NCBI GenBank assembly: GCA_008632985.1
Contig: QPGO01000062.1
Location: 124,001 to 188,000 of the forward strand
Length of the DNA: 64,000 bases
Direction of reading: 5' to 3'
DNA from: Psammoneis japonica
Lineage: Eukaryota
The translations under genes and the position numbers were made by a program. Shown piece after piece: positions 1-14,900 of the stretch. Position 1 is the first letter of the stretch; each line of letters begins with the position of its first letter. Under the pieces are notes generated by a model. It ran no database searches. It saw nothing but the letters and a program-made list of their open reading frames with translations, and had not been told where the DNA came from.

Positions 1-3000
1 GGACATCGCTTGGAGCTGTCGATGGCATCGTTGAAGGCGAGTCACTGGGAACCGCACTCGGAACTGCAGACGGAATAGCAGAGGGAACCGTCGAAGGTGT
101 AAAAGACGGGACATCACTTGGCTCTGTAGATGGTATTGTTGAAGGCGCGTCACTGGGAGCCGTACTCGGCATTACAGAGGGAGTAGCAGAAGGAACCGTC
201 GAAGGGGTGAGAGACGGGACATCACTTGGTTCTGTAGATGGCATTGTTGAGGGAACGTTGCTGGGAGCCACACTCGGGACTGTAGACGGAGCAGCAGAGG
301 GCACCGACGAAGGGGAGAGAGACGGTACATCACTTGGCTCTGTAGATGGCATTGTTGAGGGAACGTTGCTGGGAGCCACACTCGGGACTGTAGACGGAGC
401 AGCAGAGGGCACCGACGAAGGGGCGAGAGACGGGACATCACTTGGCTCGGCTGATGGTGTTGTTGAGGGAACGTTGCTGGGAGCCACACTCGGGACTGTA
501 GACGGAGCAGCAGAGGGCACCGACGAAGGGGTGAGAGACGGGACGTTACTTGGCTCTGCTGATGGCATTGTTGAAGGCGCGTCACTGGGACCCGCACTCG
601 GTGTTACACTTGGCTCTGCTGATGGTGTTGCTGAAGGAATGTCGCTGGGAGCGGAACTCGGGATTGTAGATGGAGCAGTAGAGGGAACCGTCGAAGGAGC
701 AGCACTCGGGACTGCAGATGGAGCAGTGGATGGCACCGTCGAAGGGGTGAGAGACGGGACATCACTTGGTTCGGAAGATGGCATTGTTGATGGAACGTCA
801 CTGGGAGCCGAACTCGGGAGTGTAGATGGAGTAGCAGAGGGCACCGTCGAAGGGGCGAGAGACGGGACATCACTTGGCTCTGCTGATGGTCTTGTTGACG
901 GCACGTCACTAGGAGCCGCACTCGGGACTGTAGACGGAGTAGTGGAGGGAACCGTCGAAGGGGCGTGAGACGGGACATCACTTGGCTCTGTCGATGGCAT
1001 CGTTGAAGGCACGTCACTAGGAGCCGCACTCGGGACTGTAGACGGAGTAGCAGAGGGAACCGTCGAAGGGACGAGAGATGGGACATCGCTTGGCTCTGTA
1101 GATGGCATTGTTGAAGGCGCGTCACTGGGAGCCGCACTGGGGACTGTGGATGGAGCAGCAGAGGGCACCGCCGAAGGGGTGAGAGACGGGACGTTACTTG
1201 GCTCTGCTGATGGCATTGTTGAAGGCGCGTCACTGGGACCCGCACTCGGTGTTACAGAGGGAGTAGCAGAAGGAACCGTCGAAGGGGTGAGAGACGGGAC
1301 ATCACTTGGTTCTGTAGATGGAACTGTTGATGGAACATCACTGGGAGCCGCACTGGGGATTGTGGATGGAGCAGCAGAGGGCACCGTCGAAGGGGTGAGA
1401 GACGGGGCATCACTTGGCTCTGCCGATGGCAGTGTTGATGGAACGTCACTGGGAGCCGCACTCGGGACTGTAGACGGAGTAGCAGAGGGCACCGTCGAAG
1501 GGGTGAGAGACGGAACATCACTTGGTTCGGAAGATGGCATTGTTGATGGAACGTCACTGGGAGCCGCACTCGGGACTGTAGACGGAGTAGCAGAGGGCAC
1601 CGTCGAAGGGGTGAGAGATGGGACATCGCTTGGCTCTGTAGATGGCATTGTTGAAGGCGCGTCACTGGGATCCGAACTCGGGAGTGTAGATGGAGTAGCA
1701 GAGGGCACCGTCGAAGGGGAAAGAGACGGGAAATCACTTGGCTCTGTAGATGGCATTGTTGAAGGCACGTCACTAGGAGCCGCACTCGGGACTGTTGACG
1801 GAGCAGTGGAGGGAACCGTCGAAGGGGCGTGAGACGGGACATCACTTGGCTCTGTCGATGGCATCGTTGAAGGCACGTCACTAGGAGCCGCACTCGGGAC
1901 TGTAGACGGAGCAGTAGAGGGAACCGTCGAAGGGACGAGAGATGGGACATCGCTTGGCTCTGTAGATGGCATCGTTGAAGGCGCGTCACTGGGAGCCGCA
2001 CTGGGGACTGTGGATGGAGCAGCAGAGGGCACCGCCGAAGGGGTGAGAGACGGGACGTTACTTGGCTCTGCTGATGGCATTGTTGAAGGCGCGTCACTGG
2101 GACCCGCACTCGGTGTTACAGAGGGAGTAGCAGAAGGAACCGTCGAAGGGGTGAGAGACGGGACATCACTTGGTTCTGTAGATGGAACTGTTGATGGAAC
2201 ATCACTGGGAGCCGCACTGGGGATTGTGGATGGAGCAGCAGAGGGCACCGTCGAAGGGGTGAGAGACGGGGCATCACTTGGCTCTGCTGATGGCAGTGTT
2301 GATGGAACGTCACTGGGAGCCGCACTCGGGACTGTAGACGGAGTAGCAGAGGGCACCGTCGAAGGGGTGAGAGACGGAACATCACTTGGTTCGGAAGATG
2401 GCATTGTTGATGGAACGTCACTGGGAGCCGCACTCGGGACTGTAGACGGAGTAGCAGAGGGCACCGTCGAAGGGGTGAGAGATGGGACATCGCTTGGCTC
2501 TGTAGATGGCATTGTTGAAGGCGCGTCACTGGGATCCGAACTCGGGAGTGTAGATGGAGTAGCAGAGGGCACCGTCGAAGGGGAAAGAGACGGGAAATCA
2601 CTTGGCTCTGTAGATGGCATTGTTGAAGGCACGTCACTAGGAGCCGCACTCGGGACTGTTGACGGAGCAGTGGAGGGAACCGTCGAAGGGGCGTGAGACG
2701 GGACATCGCTTGGCTCTGTCGATGGTATCGTTGAAGGCACGTCACTAGGAGCCGCACTCGGGACTGTAGACGGAGCAGTAGAGGGAACCGTCGAAGGGAC
2801 GAGGGATGGGACATCGCTTGGCTCTGTAGATGGCATCGTTGAAGGCGCGTCACTGGGAGCCGCACTGGGGACTGTGGATGGAGCAGTAGAGGGCACCGTC
2901 GAAGGGGTGAGAGATGGGACATCGCTTGGCTCTGTAGATGGCATTGTTGAAGGCGCGTCACTGGGATCCGAACTCGGGAGTGTAGAGGGAGTAGCAGAGG

Positions 3001-6000
3001 GCACCGTCGAAGGGGAGAGGGACGGGAAATCACTTGGCTCTGTCGATGGCATTGTTGACGGCACGTCACTAGGAGCCGCACTCGGGACTGTAGACGGAGC
3101 AGCAGAGGGAATCGTCGAAGGGACGAGAGATGGGACATCGCTTGGCTCTGTCGAGGGCATCGTTGAAGGCACGTCACTGGGAGCCGCACTGGGGACTGTG
3201 GATGGAGCAGTAGAGGGCACCGTCGAAGGGGTGAGAGACGGGATGTCACTTGGCTCTGCTGATGGTGTTGCTGAAGGAATGTCGCTGGGAGCGGAACTCG
3301 GGATTGTAGATGGAGCAGTAGAGGGAACCGTCGAAGGGGTGACAGACGGGAAATCACTTGGCTCTGCCGATGGCATTGTTGAAGGCGCGTCACTGGGATC
3401 CGAACTCGGGCGTGTAGAGGGAGTAGCAGAGGGCACCTTCGAAGGGGCGAGAGACGGGACATCGCTTGGAGCTGTCGATGGCATCGTTGAAGGCAAGTCA
3501 CTGGGAGCCGCACTCGGTACTGCAGACGGAATAGCAGAGGGAACCGTCGAAGGTGTGAGAGACGGGACATCACTTGGCTCTGTAGATGGCATTGTTGAAG
3601 GCGCGTCACTGGGAGCCGTACTCGGTTTTACAGAGGGAGTAGCAGAAGGAACCGTCGAAGGGGTGAGAGACGGGACATCACTTGGTTCTGTAGATGGAAC
3701 TGTTGATGGAACATCAGTGGGAGCCGCACTGGGGATTGTGGATGGAGCAGCAGAGGGCACCGTCGAAGGGGTGAGAGACGGGGCATCACTTGGCTCTGCT
3801 GATGGCAGTGTTGATGGAAAGTCACTGGGAGCCGCACTCGGGATTGTAGACGGAGTAGCAGAGGGCACCGTCGAAGGGGTGAGAGAAGGAACATCACTTG
3901 GTTCTGAAGATGGCATTGTTGATGGAACGTCACTGGGAGCCGCACTCGGGACTGAAGACGGAGTAGCAGAGGGCACCGTCGAAGGGGTGAGAGACGGAAC
4001 ATCACTTGGTTCGGAAGATGGCATTGTTGACGGAACGTCACTGGGAGCCGCACTCGGGACTGTAGACGGAGTAGCAGAGGGCACCGTCGAAGGGGTGAGA
4101 GTTGGGACATCGCTTGGCTCTGTAGATGGCATTGTTGAAGGCGCGTCACTGGGATTCGAACTCGGGAGTGTAGATGGAGTAGCAGAGGGCACCGTCGAAG
4201 GGGAAAGAGACGGGAAATCACTTGGCTCTGTAGATGGCATTGTTGAAGGCACGTCACTAGGAGCCGCACTCGGGACTGTTGACGGAGTAGCAGAGGGCAC
4301 CGTCGAAGGGGTGAGAGAAGGAACATCACTTGGTTCTGAAGATGGCTTTGTTGATGGAACGTCACTGGGAGCCGCACTCGGGACTGTAGACGGAGTAGCA
4401 GAGGGCACCGTCGAAGGGGTGAGAGATGGGACATCGCTTGGCTCTCTAGATGGCATCGTTGAAGGCGCGTCACTGGGAGCTGCACTGGGGACTGTGGATG
4501 GAGCAGCAGAGGGCACCGCCGAAGGGGTGAGAGACGGGACGTTACTTGGCTCTGCTGATGGCATTGTTGAAGGCGCGTCACTGGGACCCGCACTCGGTGA
4601 TACAGAGGGAGTAGCAGAAGGAACCGTCGAAGGGGAGATAGACGGGATATCACTTGGTTCTGTAGATGGCATTGTTGAAGGCACGTCACTGGGAGCCGCA
4701 CTTGGGACTGTAGACGGAGCAGCAGAGGGCACCGCCGAAGGGGTGAGAGATGGGACATCACTTGGCTCTGTAGATGGCAATGTTGAAGGCACGTCACTGG
4801 GAGCCGTACTCGGGACTGTAGACGGAGCAGCAGAGGGCACCGTCGAAGGGTTGAGAGATGGGGCATCACTTGGCTCTGTCGATGGGATTGTTGAGGGAAC
4901 GTCACTGGGAGACGCACTCGGAACTTTGGATGGCATAGCAGAGGGCACCGCCGAAGGGGTGAGAGACGGCACGCTACTTGGCTCTGCTGATGGCATTGTT
5001 GAAGGCGCGTCACTGGGACCCGCACTCGGTGTTACAGAGGGAGCAGCAGAAGGAACCGTCGAAGGGGAGAGAGACGGTATATCACTTGGCTCTGTAGATG
5101 GCATTGTTGAGGGAATGTCACTGGGAGCCACACTCGGGACTGTAGACGGAGCAGCAGAGGGCACCGACGAAGGGGAGAGAGACGGTATATCACTTGGCTC
5201 TGTAGATGGCATTGTTGAGGGAACGTTGCTGGGAGCCACACTCGGGACTGTAGACGGAGCAGCAGAGGGCACCGACGAAGGGGCGAGAGACGGGACATCA
5301 CTTGGCTCTGCTGATGGTGTTGTTGAGGGAACGTTGCTGGGAGCCACACTCGGGACTGTAGACGGAGCAGCAGAGGGCACCGACGAAGGGGTGAGAGACG
5401 GGACATCACTTGGCTCTGCTGATGGTGTTGTTGAGGGAACGTTGCTGGGAGCCACACTCGGGACTGTAGACGGAGCAGCAGAGGGCACCGTCGAAGGGGT
5501 GAGCGACGGGACATCACTTGGCTCTGCTGATGGTGTTGTTGAGGGAACGTCACTGGGAGCCGCACTCGGGACTGTAGATGGAGTAGTAGACGGCACTGTC
5601 GTAGGGGTGAGAGATGGGACATCACTTGGCTCTGTAGATGGCATTGTTGAAGGCACGTCACTAGGAGCCCCACTCGGGACTGTAGTTGGAACAGTAGAGG
5701 GAACCGTCGAAGGGGTGAGAGACGGGACATCACTTGGTTCTGTAGATGGCATTGTAGAAGGCATGTCACTGGGAGCCGCACTCGGGACTGTGGATGGAGC
5801 AGTAGAGGGCGCCGTCGAAGGGGTGTGAGACGGGACATCACTTGGCTCTGCAGATGGCATTGTTGATGGAAAGTCACTGAGAGCCGCACTTGGTAATACA
5901 GAGGGAGTAGCAGATGGCACCGACGAAGGGGTGAGAGACGGGACATCACTTGGCTCTGCTGATGGCACTGTTGATGGAACGTCACTGGGAGCCACACTCG

Positions 6001-6500
6001 GGACTGCAGACGGAGCAGCGGAGGGCACGGCAGAAGAGGTGAGAAATGGGACATCACTTGGCTCTGTAGATAGCATTGCTGAAGGTACGTCACTGGGAGC
6101 GGCACTCGGAGCTGTAGATGGAGTAGTAGAGGGCACCGCAAAAGGGGTGAGAGATGGGACATCACTTGGCTCTGCTGATGGTGTTGTTGAGGGAACGTCA
6201 CTGGGAGACGCACTCAGAACTGTGGATGGCATAGCAGAGGGCGCTTTTGAAGGGGTGAGAGACTGGATGTCACTGGGCTCATTAGATGGCATTGCTGAAG
6301 GAACGTCACTAAGAGTCACACTCGGGACTGTAGACGGAGTAGTAGAGGGAACCGTCGAAGGGTTGAGAGACGGGACATCGCTTGTCTCTGTAGATGGCAT
6401 TGCTGATGGTACGTCATTGGGAGCCTCACTTGGGGCTGTAGATGGAGTAGCAGAGGGCACCCTCGAAGGGGTGAGAGACGGTGTTGTTGAAGGCACGTCA
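1..6500. repeat. Coding tandem repeat: 12-bp PSxx subunits forming 96-bp (32-aa) units, with a higher-order 864-bp period
   Basis: Recurrent 'gagacgggacatcacttggctctg' about every 96 bp. Antisense ORFs 1146-1832 and 2010-2696 translate identically, offset by 864 = 9 x 96. Confidence 0.95.
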
Positions 6501-9500
6501 CTGGGATTCGTACTTGGGAGTCCAGACGAAGCAATCGAGGGCACTTTTGATGGTGTCAACGAACTGCTATCACTTGGTCTCGCTGAAGGAGCCACCGATG
6601 GTACATCACTAGGAGCCACTGCCGGATGGACCGTAGGTGAAGGTGAAGGCACCGAAGATGGCACATCACTTGGCTCTGATGAGGGAGCAGTCGATGGCGC
6701 ATCACTGGGGTCCGCACTTGGTGCTACAGAAGGGGTTGCCATGGGTGTTTCCGAAGGCGCTCGGCTAGGGGCACCGCTAGGCGTGACGGAAGGTAGATCA
6801 CTAGGAGCTATGCTTGATGTGTCAGAAGGCAAATCGCTTGGAGCCATCGAAGGTGCTCCACTGGGGCCTTCAGATGGCGGTGACGACTGTTCGGAACTCG
6901 GGACATTGCTTGGATAGCTGGAAGGTAAATTACTGAGAGCACCTGGCGGCAACTCACTCGGTGCACCAGAAGGCGTGGCTGACGGTTCCGACGAGGGTAT
7001 TTCAATTGGCGCAATCGACTGTGATGATGATGATGGGCTGAAACTTGGGACCTCGCTTGGAGCATCAAACGGCGAAGTATTCGGAGCAACGGATGGCACT
7101 GCGCTTGGCATATTCGAAGGAAAGGGTGAAGGAGAAGAAGAGAGTTGCGATGATGGCACATCGCTTGGTGCATGGGAGAGTATTTCCGAAGGCAAACCAC
7201 TGGGAACTCCACTGGGCGCAAAGGAAGAAAAATTAATAGGAGCTCCAGATGGGGTCTTGCTTGGCACAGCAGAAGGCGAGTAGCTTGGAGGAGTCGAAGG
7301 AGATCCGGAAGGTGCATCACTGAGTACTGCAGATGGCGATGATGACGACACGGCACTCGGGAAGGCATCTGAAGGGGTCTCACTTGGTGCACCAGAAGGA
7401 GGGGCGGAGGGTTCAGACGAGGGAACATCACTTGGTGAGGTTGAAGGTTCTCCGGACGGAACATCGCTGGGTGGAGTCGACAGTGACAACGAAGGCAGTG
7501 CACTCGGGACCTCGCTTTGTGAATCGGACGGCAAAACACTTGGAGCAATGGATGGCATACGACTTGGAACATTCGAAGGTGCCCCATTCAGACCTGTTGA
7601 CGGGGAGACTGAAGGCTCATCACTCGGTGCAAATAATGAGGGAGCTTCCGAAGAGGTGCGGCTTGGAACCCCGCTTGTTTCATCCGATGGCAAAACACTA
7701 GGAGCTCCAGACAAGACCTTGGTGGGTGCACCAGAAGGCAATGCAGAAGGCGAGTCACTGGGAGAAATTGATGGGGACGACGAGGTTGCGGTAGAGGGTT
7801 GCGAGGATAGCACTGATGTTGGAAAACCACTTGGTACCGTGGATGGATGCAAAGACGGTGCGACACTAGCTCCGCTTGTTGGAGATTGACTTGGCACAGC
7901 AGACGGGGCACCAGAAGTTTCGTCACTGGGCGTCCCGCTCGGAGCTTCACTTCGCGCACTGCCTGAAATAGATGATGGGGTCATCGAGGGAGCTGACGAA
8001 GGCACAAGTGGAGAGCCTGAGGGTGTAGTAGATGATGATGGTGTCGGCACGTCACTCGGAACCGCGGATGGCGACGAAGACGGCGGGACACTAGATTCGC
8101 TTGTTGGAGACTGACTTTGCACTGCGGACGGAGCATCAGAAGGTTTGTCATTGGGCGTCTCGCTAGGAGTTTCACTCGGGATACCGCTCGAAACAGATGA
8201 TGGTGCGGTCGAGGGAAATGACGAAGGCGTAAGCCCAGTAGGCGATTGACTAGGGCTTGCAGACTTAGTGGCGGAGGGCGTGATAGATGGCGATGATATT
8301 GGCACGTCATTGGGAACCGTTGATGGAGACAAAGACGGAGTGACACTAGATCGGCTTGTTGGCAATTGACTTGGCCCAGCAGACGGGGCACCAGAAGGTT
8401 CATCACTGGGCGTTCCACTAGGAACTTCACTTGGCGCACCGCCACCTACGGAAGACGGGGCTGATGACGGTGCCGCACTTGGCTTCAATCCTGTGGGTGC
8501 GTCACTGGGCAGACTTGTAATTGGCAAGGAAGGAGCTGAGGTCGGCAGCGCTGACGGGGATTCACTAGGAATGCCAGTGGCAATTAATAACGAAGGAGCC
8601 AATGAGGGTTCTTGGCTTTGAACCGCCGGCGTGCTGCTGCTGCTGGGAGATGGAGATTCTGGCGACAGTGTAGGTAGAGCGGTTCCAGTCGAAGGTGTTG
8701 CCGTAGTCGGAGATTCCGTAGGTGTCGGTGTTGTCGGGGAGGAAGTTGGATCAGATGTCGGATCAGTAGATGGAGTCCCCGTTGCAGGGAGGACCGTGGT
8801 GGTTTGTGTTGACGGTGTCGGAGTAGACGCAACAGAGGGCACAGCCGTGGAGGGAGCTGGCGATACCGGAAGATTTGCAGTCGGCAGAGGTGTTCCAGTC
8901 GTTGGTGATTCTGTAGGTGTCGTTGTAGCCTGGGAGGAAGTTGGATCAGACGTCGGGCTTGTAGTAGGCGTCCCAGTTGCTGCAAGGGGTTGTGGTGGCG
9001 GTGTCGGAGCAACTGTTGGTGCGGCGTATCCTGTGGCGAAGAAGGCAGCTCCGATATCTCTGTTGGAGAAGGAGACGGTGGTGGTGTCGGCAGAGGAGTT
9101 GGATTCGGTGTTGGTGGCGGCGTCGGCGGAGGAGTTGGATTCGGTGTTGGTGACGGCGTCGGCGGAGGAGTTGGATTCGGTGTTGGTGGTAGCGTCGGCG
9201 GAGGAGTTGGATTCGGTGTTGGTGGCGGCGTCGGCGGAGGGGTTGGATTCGGTGTTGGTGACGGCGTCGGCGAAGGAGTTGGATTCGGTGTTGGTGGCGG
9301 CGTCGGCGGAGGGGTTGGATTTGGAGTTGGTGGTTGTGTCGGTGAAAGAGTTGGATTTCGCGTAGGTGATGATGTTGGGGGTGGTGATGGATTTGGTGTT
9401 GGTGGCTGTGTCGGAGACGTTGATGGATTCAGCGGAGGTGGCTCTATTACAAGTTCTGTTGGTGCTTGCGTTAGAGGGCTCGTCTGTGACGCAGTCGGAG

Positions 9501-11126
9501 GCGCAGTTGTCGTTTCAGCTGCCGAGGGTGCTGGTGTCTGTAATGTGGTCGGAGATGGTGAGACTGGGGCCCCTGTGGTAGACGTTTGAGTCGGCAGCGG
9601 CGTCACTGGTGCCGTTGTTGTTGTAGCCGTAGTAGGCGCGGGAGTTTGTACGGAGGTCGGTGGCGACGTGGTGGCCGCAGTCGGAACTGGGGTGTCTGGC
9701 GCGGGTGAAAGTGAACTCGGTGGAGGTGTGTCAACAGGTGGAGGAACAGGCTCTGCCGGTTCCCCCGGGTCACGTGTCGGGGCACCGGTATCTGGTGGAT
9801 CGGTGGAGGATGGCGATGGCGGCGAATTCGATACGGAGGAAGGGAATTCTAGGGCTTGCGCAACTTGATTCGTCTCGACGTTGTAGACAAATGCAGTAGG
9901 GATAGCTCGGAAGCCTTGCGATCCTAGAAGGACAAGAAACGCTTCATCTACAGCCAGCACGAGATCCGGCATCTCAAAGTTGGTCACTCGTATTTGTCTT
10001 TCTTGATCCCTTCGGTGTTGCTGTTGTTCTGGTGGGGACGGCTCGTGACGGCGCGAGAACAAATTCTTGGAGCTACCAGACGCTGTGGAGTTCTCTTTCT
10101 CGACCCCAGCATTGAACAGCGGCTCAATTGGAGAACACCCGTTGCAAAGACTGTCCATGGTCCAATCAGTGTCCATATACGGTGTACCGTCATCAGCAAT
10201 CACCAGTTCGTAGTTTTCAAGTTTAACGTTCTTGATAGTACGCTCATAAATGTCTCTGCAGCCTCCCGAAAGAGTATTGTATGTTTCCTCAAATGTATCT
10301 TCGACGCTCTCTTGCTCTTCGGGAGTGAACGGTCTTGTCAATCCTTCTAGATAGAGAGTCATGCGACCTCGGTGCTGTTCCAAGTCCACGCTACATTGCA
10401 AGGTCGTTGCGTTGGCAATAGATCTCTGGCTGTTTCTATTTTCCGACACTGCAACCCCTGAAGCAACAGAAGCAGCGACAACTGCCGTGACTGCAACCGC
10501 CACTGCCACGGCAACGCCTACAGTAATACCAGCCGTGACTGTTGCCCCAGCCGCCGCAGTTGCCGCTGCAGCTGCTGCATTGGCCGCATTAGCTGCCGCC
10601 TGTACAGCCATTTGCTGTGCAACCATTTGCATGCTGCAAATACAAACGTATCACAAGTTAGTTTTGATCCAAAAATAAAGAGTCAAACAACACGACAAAC
10701 AGAATATGATTTCATCACAACTTACGCTGCATTCGGCGGTACGGTCGTTGTGGGACCTTGTCCCTGCGGTGCAGCCGAGCTGGATGGATCCGTCTGACCC
10801 ATACTCTCAATCTGGCCTGCTCCAGCATCATCATCGTCATCGGTATGATCTATTGATTTCTTGAACTTGCTCGCAGCCAAGCCCACAGCGCCCAACCCCA
10901 CCAAACCGACGCCGGCCGCCATTGCGACTTTCTTTGCTTTACCACCGCTCTCATCGTCACTATCATGTTCGTCCGTATCTTCACTATCGGAACTCAAGAA
11001 GGGCGCTTCCTCGAAAACTTCTTCTGATGATTCACCACTCATATCGGATAGGTTGTTCCAAGTTTCATCATCGCTGTCTGCCATATCGCGAGGCATCTCA
11101 CTCTGCTGATTAGATGATTCGTTCAT
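1..11126 (-). CDS. Giant membrane-anchored mucin-like Pro/Ser/Thr-rich surface protein (family copy 1), 3' end outside the window
   Basis: Exon 1 11126-10726 (acidic, hydrophobic [16 protein letters not shown]). GT-AG intron 10725-10634. Exon 2 has an Ala/Val hydrophobic segment, a Cys-containing domain (..[11 protein letters not shown]..) and PTPNPT repeats. A 1-nt frameshift near 9024 leads into a PSxxPS frame that appears open to position 1; the ORF track lists no stop-terminated ORF in that frame. About 3,600 aa lie in the window. Confidence 0.8.
9080..9420. repeat. 24-bp tandem repeat encoding PTPNPTPP (minus strand)
   Basis: Repeated 'ggagttggattcggtgttggtggcggcgtcggcgga'-type units. 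Confidence 0.9.
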
Positions 11127-11912
11127 GTTACTTTAGCTGGTATCCTTTGCTGCTTTCTGTTAAGTTGGCTTGCTTGTTCGTCAAGCTGTTTTATTGACAT
11201 CAGGTTCACCTGGCACCATTGCTTTGGGCATCACGCATCACGCTTCGTGCGAAAGACGTGGCACGCACACCGTACACGCCGGAACGTACCATACTGTAAC
11301 ACGCGCACTCCACGGAGGCAAATCTGGGGATTGAATTGTTTCAAAAATGTAGCTACGTAGGGTACAGAAATAACTTGGTCCATAAATCTCTCTCAACGAA
11401 AATCATTGAAAGAATGACTGTAGGGCAATACAAAGAATGTTTTCAATCGTGCTGGTCACTAAGAGCTTAAATGTAGAAATGACTTTTTGACAGAGTCAAT
11501 AAAACATCAATATTTAGTCGGAGGAGTCGACGGGTCGCATGTTTCAACTTTCAACCCAATCTTTTTTCTTCTTGCTTGGGTGGCTTCGACCGAGCAAACG
11601 GAGAACCGACTGCGAAGATCCGTTACTCTCTAGAGGGCCTGAGTGTGACTTGGGGAATGTGTCAAGAGATGATGCCTTTAGAGAGGTTGCAACAATGCTT
11701 GTGAAGCTGGGAAAGACATCCTGCGTGCAAGATGTGGCGATTTTTGATTATGATCTGGTCGCACTTTTTCTCCTTGCAAGAGCACTCGCACCGTCTCGCG
11801 TCGACAAGCAAAAAGCAATCAAAGATAGAGCCACCGTTGGAATGAAACATTTTGTAAAATGTCATGCTTGTACTTTGAAATACAAACTTCAGAACTTCCC
11901 GGGCGACATCAC

Positions 11913-14900
11913 TCAATTTTGTACGGGACAGTTTGCACTGGTGCAAGCTCCCTTTCCCAGACACTGTGGTTCAGCATTGCCACCACCAGGACCACCACAG
12001 CAAACTTGATTGTCACAACCAGAGCCATTGTTGCAACATTCTTCCGGGTACTCTCCATTCAGAGGGTTGCATGCCGTTGGGCCGCAATCCACAGCAGGAG
12101 CTTGGCTCGGTGTCTTGGAGGGAGCCAAGGATGGCGAATCGGTGGGAGATGCTGACGCAGAATCAGTCGGGGCGACAGACGACATTTTGGTTGGTGCGTC
12201 GGAAGGTGCCTGGGACGGCTGTCCAACAGGAGCATCTGTCGGAATACCACTCGGAATGGAAGATGGCATCGCAGTAGGCGATACACTCGGCACATTGCTT
12301 TCGGCTTTCGTTGGAACAGCACTCGGGGTACTAGATGGTTCATCACTAAGAGCTCCGGATGGAGGCGCGCTCGGTAAATTAGAAGACGCTTCTGTAGGCG
12401 CTTCTGACGGAGTTTTCGATGGCGTTGAGGAGGGTTGAGTTGAAGACATTTTGCTCGGAGCTTCAGAAGGGGTAGTAGAAGGAGCAACGCTCAGCTTGCT
12501 TGCCGAGGGAGCAAAAGATGGCGCTGCACTGGGTACATTGCTGGGGTTTTTGGTTGGAACACCACTCGGGGCACTAGATGGCTCATCACTGAGAGCACCT
12601 GTTGGAGACGCACTCGGTACATCAGACGACGCTTCTGTAGGAGCTTCTGATGGAGATTTCGAAGGGGTTGAGGAGGGTTTAGTGGACGACATTTTGCTCG
12701 GAGTTGAAGAAGGGGCACTAGAAGGAGCAACGCTCAGCTTGCTTGCTGATGGGGTCGCACTTGGAACATAGCTGGGGGCTTTGGTTGGAACGTACGTAGG
12801 AGACGCGCTCGGTACATCAGAAGACGCTTCTGTTGGAGCATCACTTGGTAGGTCGAACGGCACTTCTGACGGAGATTCCGATGGAGTTGACGAGGGGATA
12901 GTCGAAGGTATTTTGCTTGGAGCTGCAGAAGGGGTAGTAGAAGGAGCAATGCTCAGCTTGCTGGCTGATGGAGTAAAAGATGGCGCTGTACTCGGTACAC
13001 TGCTAGGGGCTTTGGTTGTAACTCCACTCGGGGCACTAGATGGTTCATCAATAACATCCCCCGTTGGAGAAGCGCTTGGCACACCAAAAGGAGATTCCGA
13101 TGGAGTTGACGTGGGTATCGTTGAAGATATTTTGCTCGGAGCTGCAGAAGGGGTCGTAGAAGGAGCAATGCTCAGCTTGCTGGCTGATGGAGTAAAAGAT
13201 GGCACTCTACTCAGTACACTGCTAGGGGGTTTGGTTGTAACTCCACTCGGGGCACTAGATGGTTCATCAATAACATTCCCCGTTGGAGAAGCGCTTGGCA
13301 CACCAAAAGACGCTCCTGACGGAGATTCCGATGGAGTTGACGAGAGTATCGTTGAAGGCATTTTGCTCGGAGCTGCAGAAGGGGTATTAGAAGGAGCATC
13401 GCTCCGCTTGCTGACTGATGGAGCAAAAGATGTCGCTTTAGTCGGTGTGATGCTAGGGACTTCGGTTGTAACTCCACTCGGGGCACTAGATGGTTCATCA
13501 ATTACATCACCGGTTGGAGACGCGCTTGGCACACCAAAAGGCGTTTCCGACATAGATTCCGATGGAATTGACGTGGGCATCGTTGAATGTATTTTGCTCG
13601 GAGCTGCAGAAGGGGTCGTAGAAGGAGCATCGCTCGGCTTGCTTGCTGTTGGAGCCAAAGATGCTTCAGACGGAGATTCCGATGGATTAAATGATGGTAT
13701 CGTCAAAGGTATTTTGCTCTGAGCTGCAGAAGGGGCAGTAGAAGGAGCGTCGCTTGGCTTGCTGGATGATGGAGCCAAAGATGGCGCTGCACTCGGTATG
13801 CTGCTAGGGACCTCGGTTGTAACTCCACTCGGGGCACTAGATGAATCGTCAATGACATCCTCGGTAGGAGACGCGCTTGGCACATCAAGAGGTGATTCTG
13901 ACGGAGACTCGGAGGGAGGTGACGAAGATGTATTCGAAGGCATTTTGCTCAGAGCAGAGAAAGGTACGGTGGAAGGGGCAACACTCGGCTTGCTTGTTGT
14001 GGGCGCAAAAGATGGTGCTGCACTTGGTACATTGCTTGCGGCCTCTGTTGGCACAGCACTCGGTAGGTCGCTTGGAGCATGAGACGGGGGGGTACCGGTA
14101 GAAGGAACGTTGCTTGGCACGTTTGTTGAGGGTGCAAGAGATGGCGCTTCACTCGGTTCATTGCTAGGAGCTTCTGAAGATACGTTACTAGGTGCAGTAT
14201 TTGGGGCCTCTGTTGGGGCTTCGCTTGGATCACCAGACAAGCCTTCCGATGGAACTGACGAGGTTACTGACGGAGGTGTAGAGGAAGGTGAATTGCTCGG
14301 AGCTGAAGAAGAATCTGCAGGAGGTACACTGCTCGGTTCCGACGATGGTTCGTATGACGAGGGTGCACTCGGTTCACTGCTTGGAGCCTTCGACGAAACA
14401 TGGCTTGGTACATCAGATGGTACGTCACTAAGTGCCTCTGTTGGAGTTATGATTGGCAAATCAGAATGTGCAGCAGATGGATTCATCGATTTTTTGGTTG
14501 ATGGTTCACTAGTCGGCGCAAAAGATGGTGGCTCAGAGGGTTCGGTGTGTTGAAGAGTAGAAGGCGCTGAGGATGGCGTCATTTGCGATGCTATACTCGG
14601 AGCGTTCGAAGGAACAATGCTCTGTGAGCTGGAAGGCTCATCGCTTCCAGCCCCTGTCGGACTTTCAGTTGGACTAGAGGATGGCAACTCCGAAGGAACA
14701 GACGAAGGCGTTGTTGACGGCACAGCGGAAGGCAAATTAATGGGAGACGGGAAAGCACTCGGATTGTGGCTTGGAACTTCTGAGAGTGTGTCGCTTTCTG
14801 CGGAGGATGGCAAAGAACTTGGAACTTCATGGAGGAGCGCACTTGGAATTGACGAGAGTGCCGTTGAAGGCATGCTGCTTGGAGAAGTAGTGGCATGAGA

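Noticed and set aside
1..6500. CRISPR-like array
   Set aside because: Contiguous coding tandem repeats without unique spacers, in a eukaryotic context with no cas genes.
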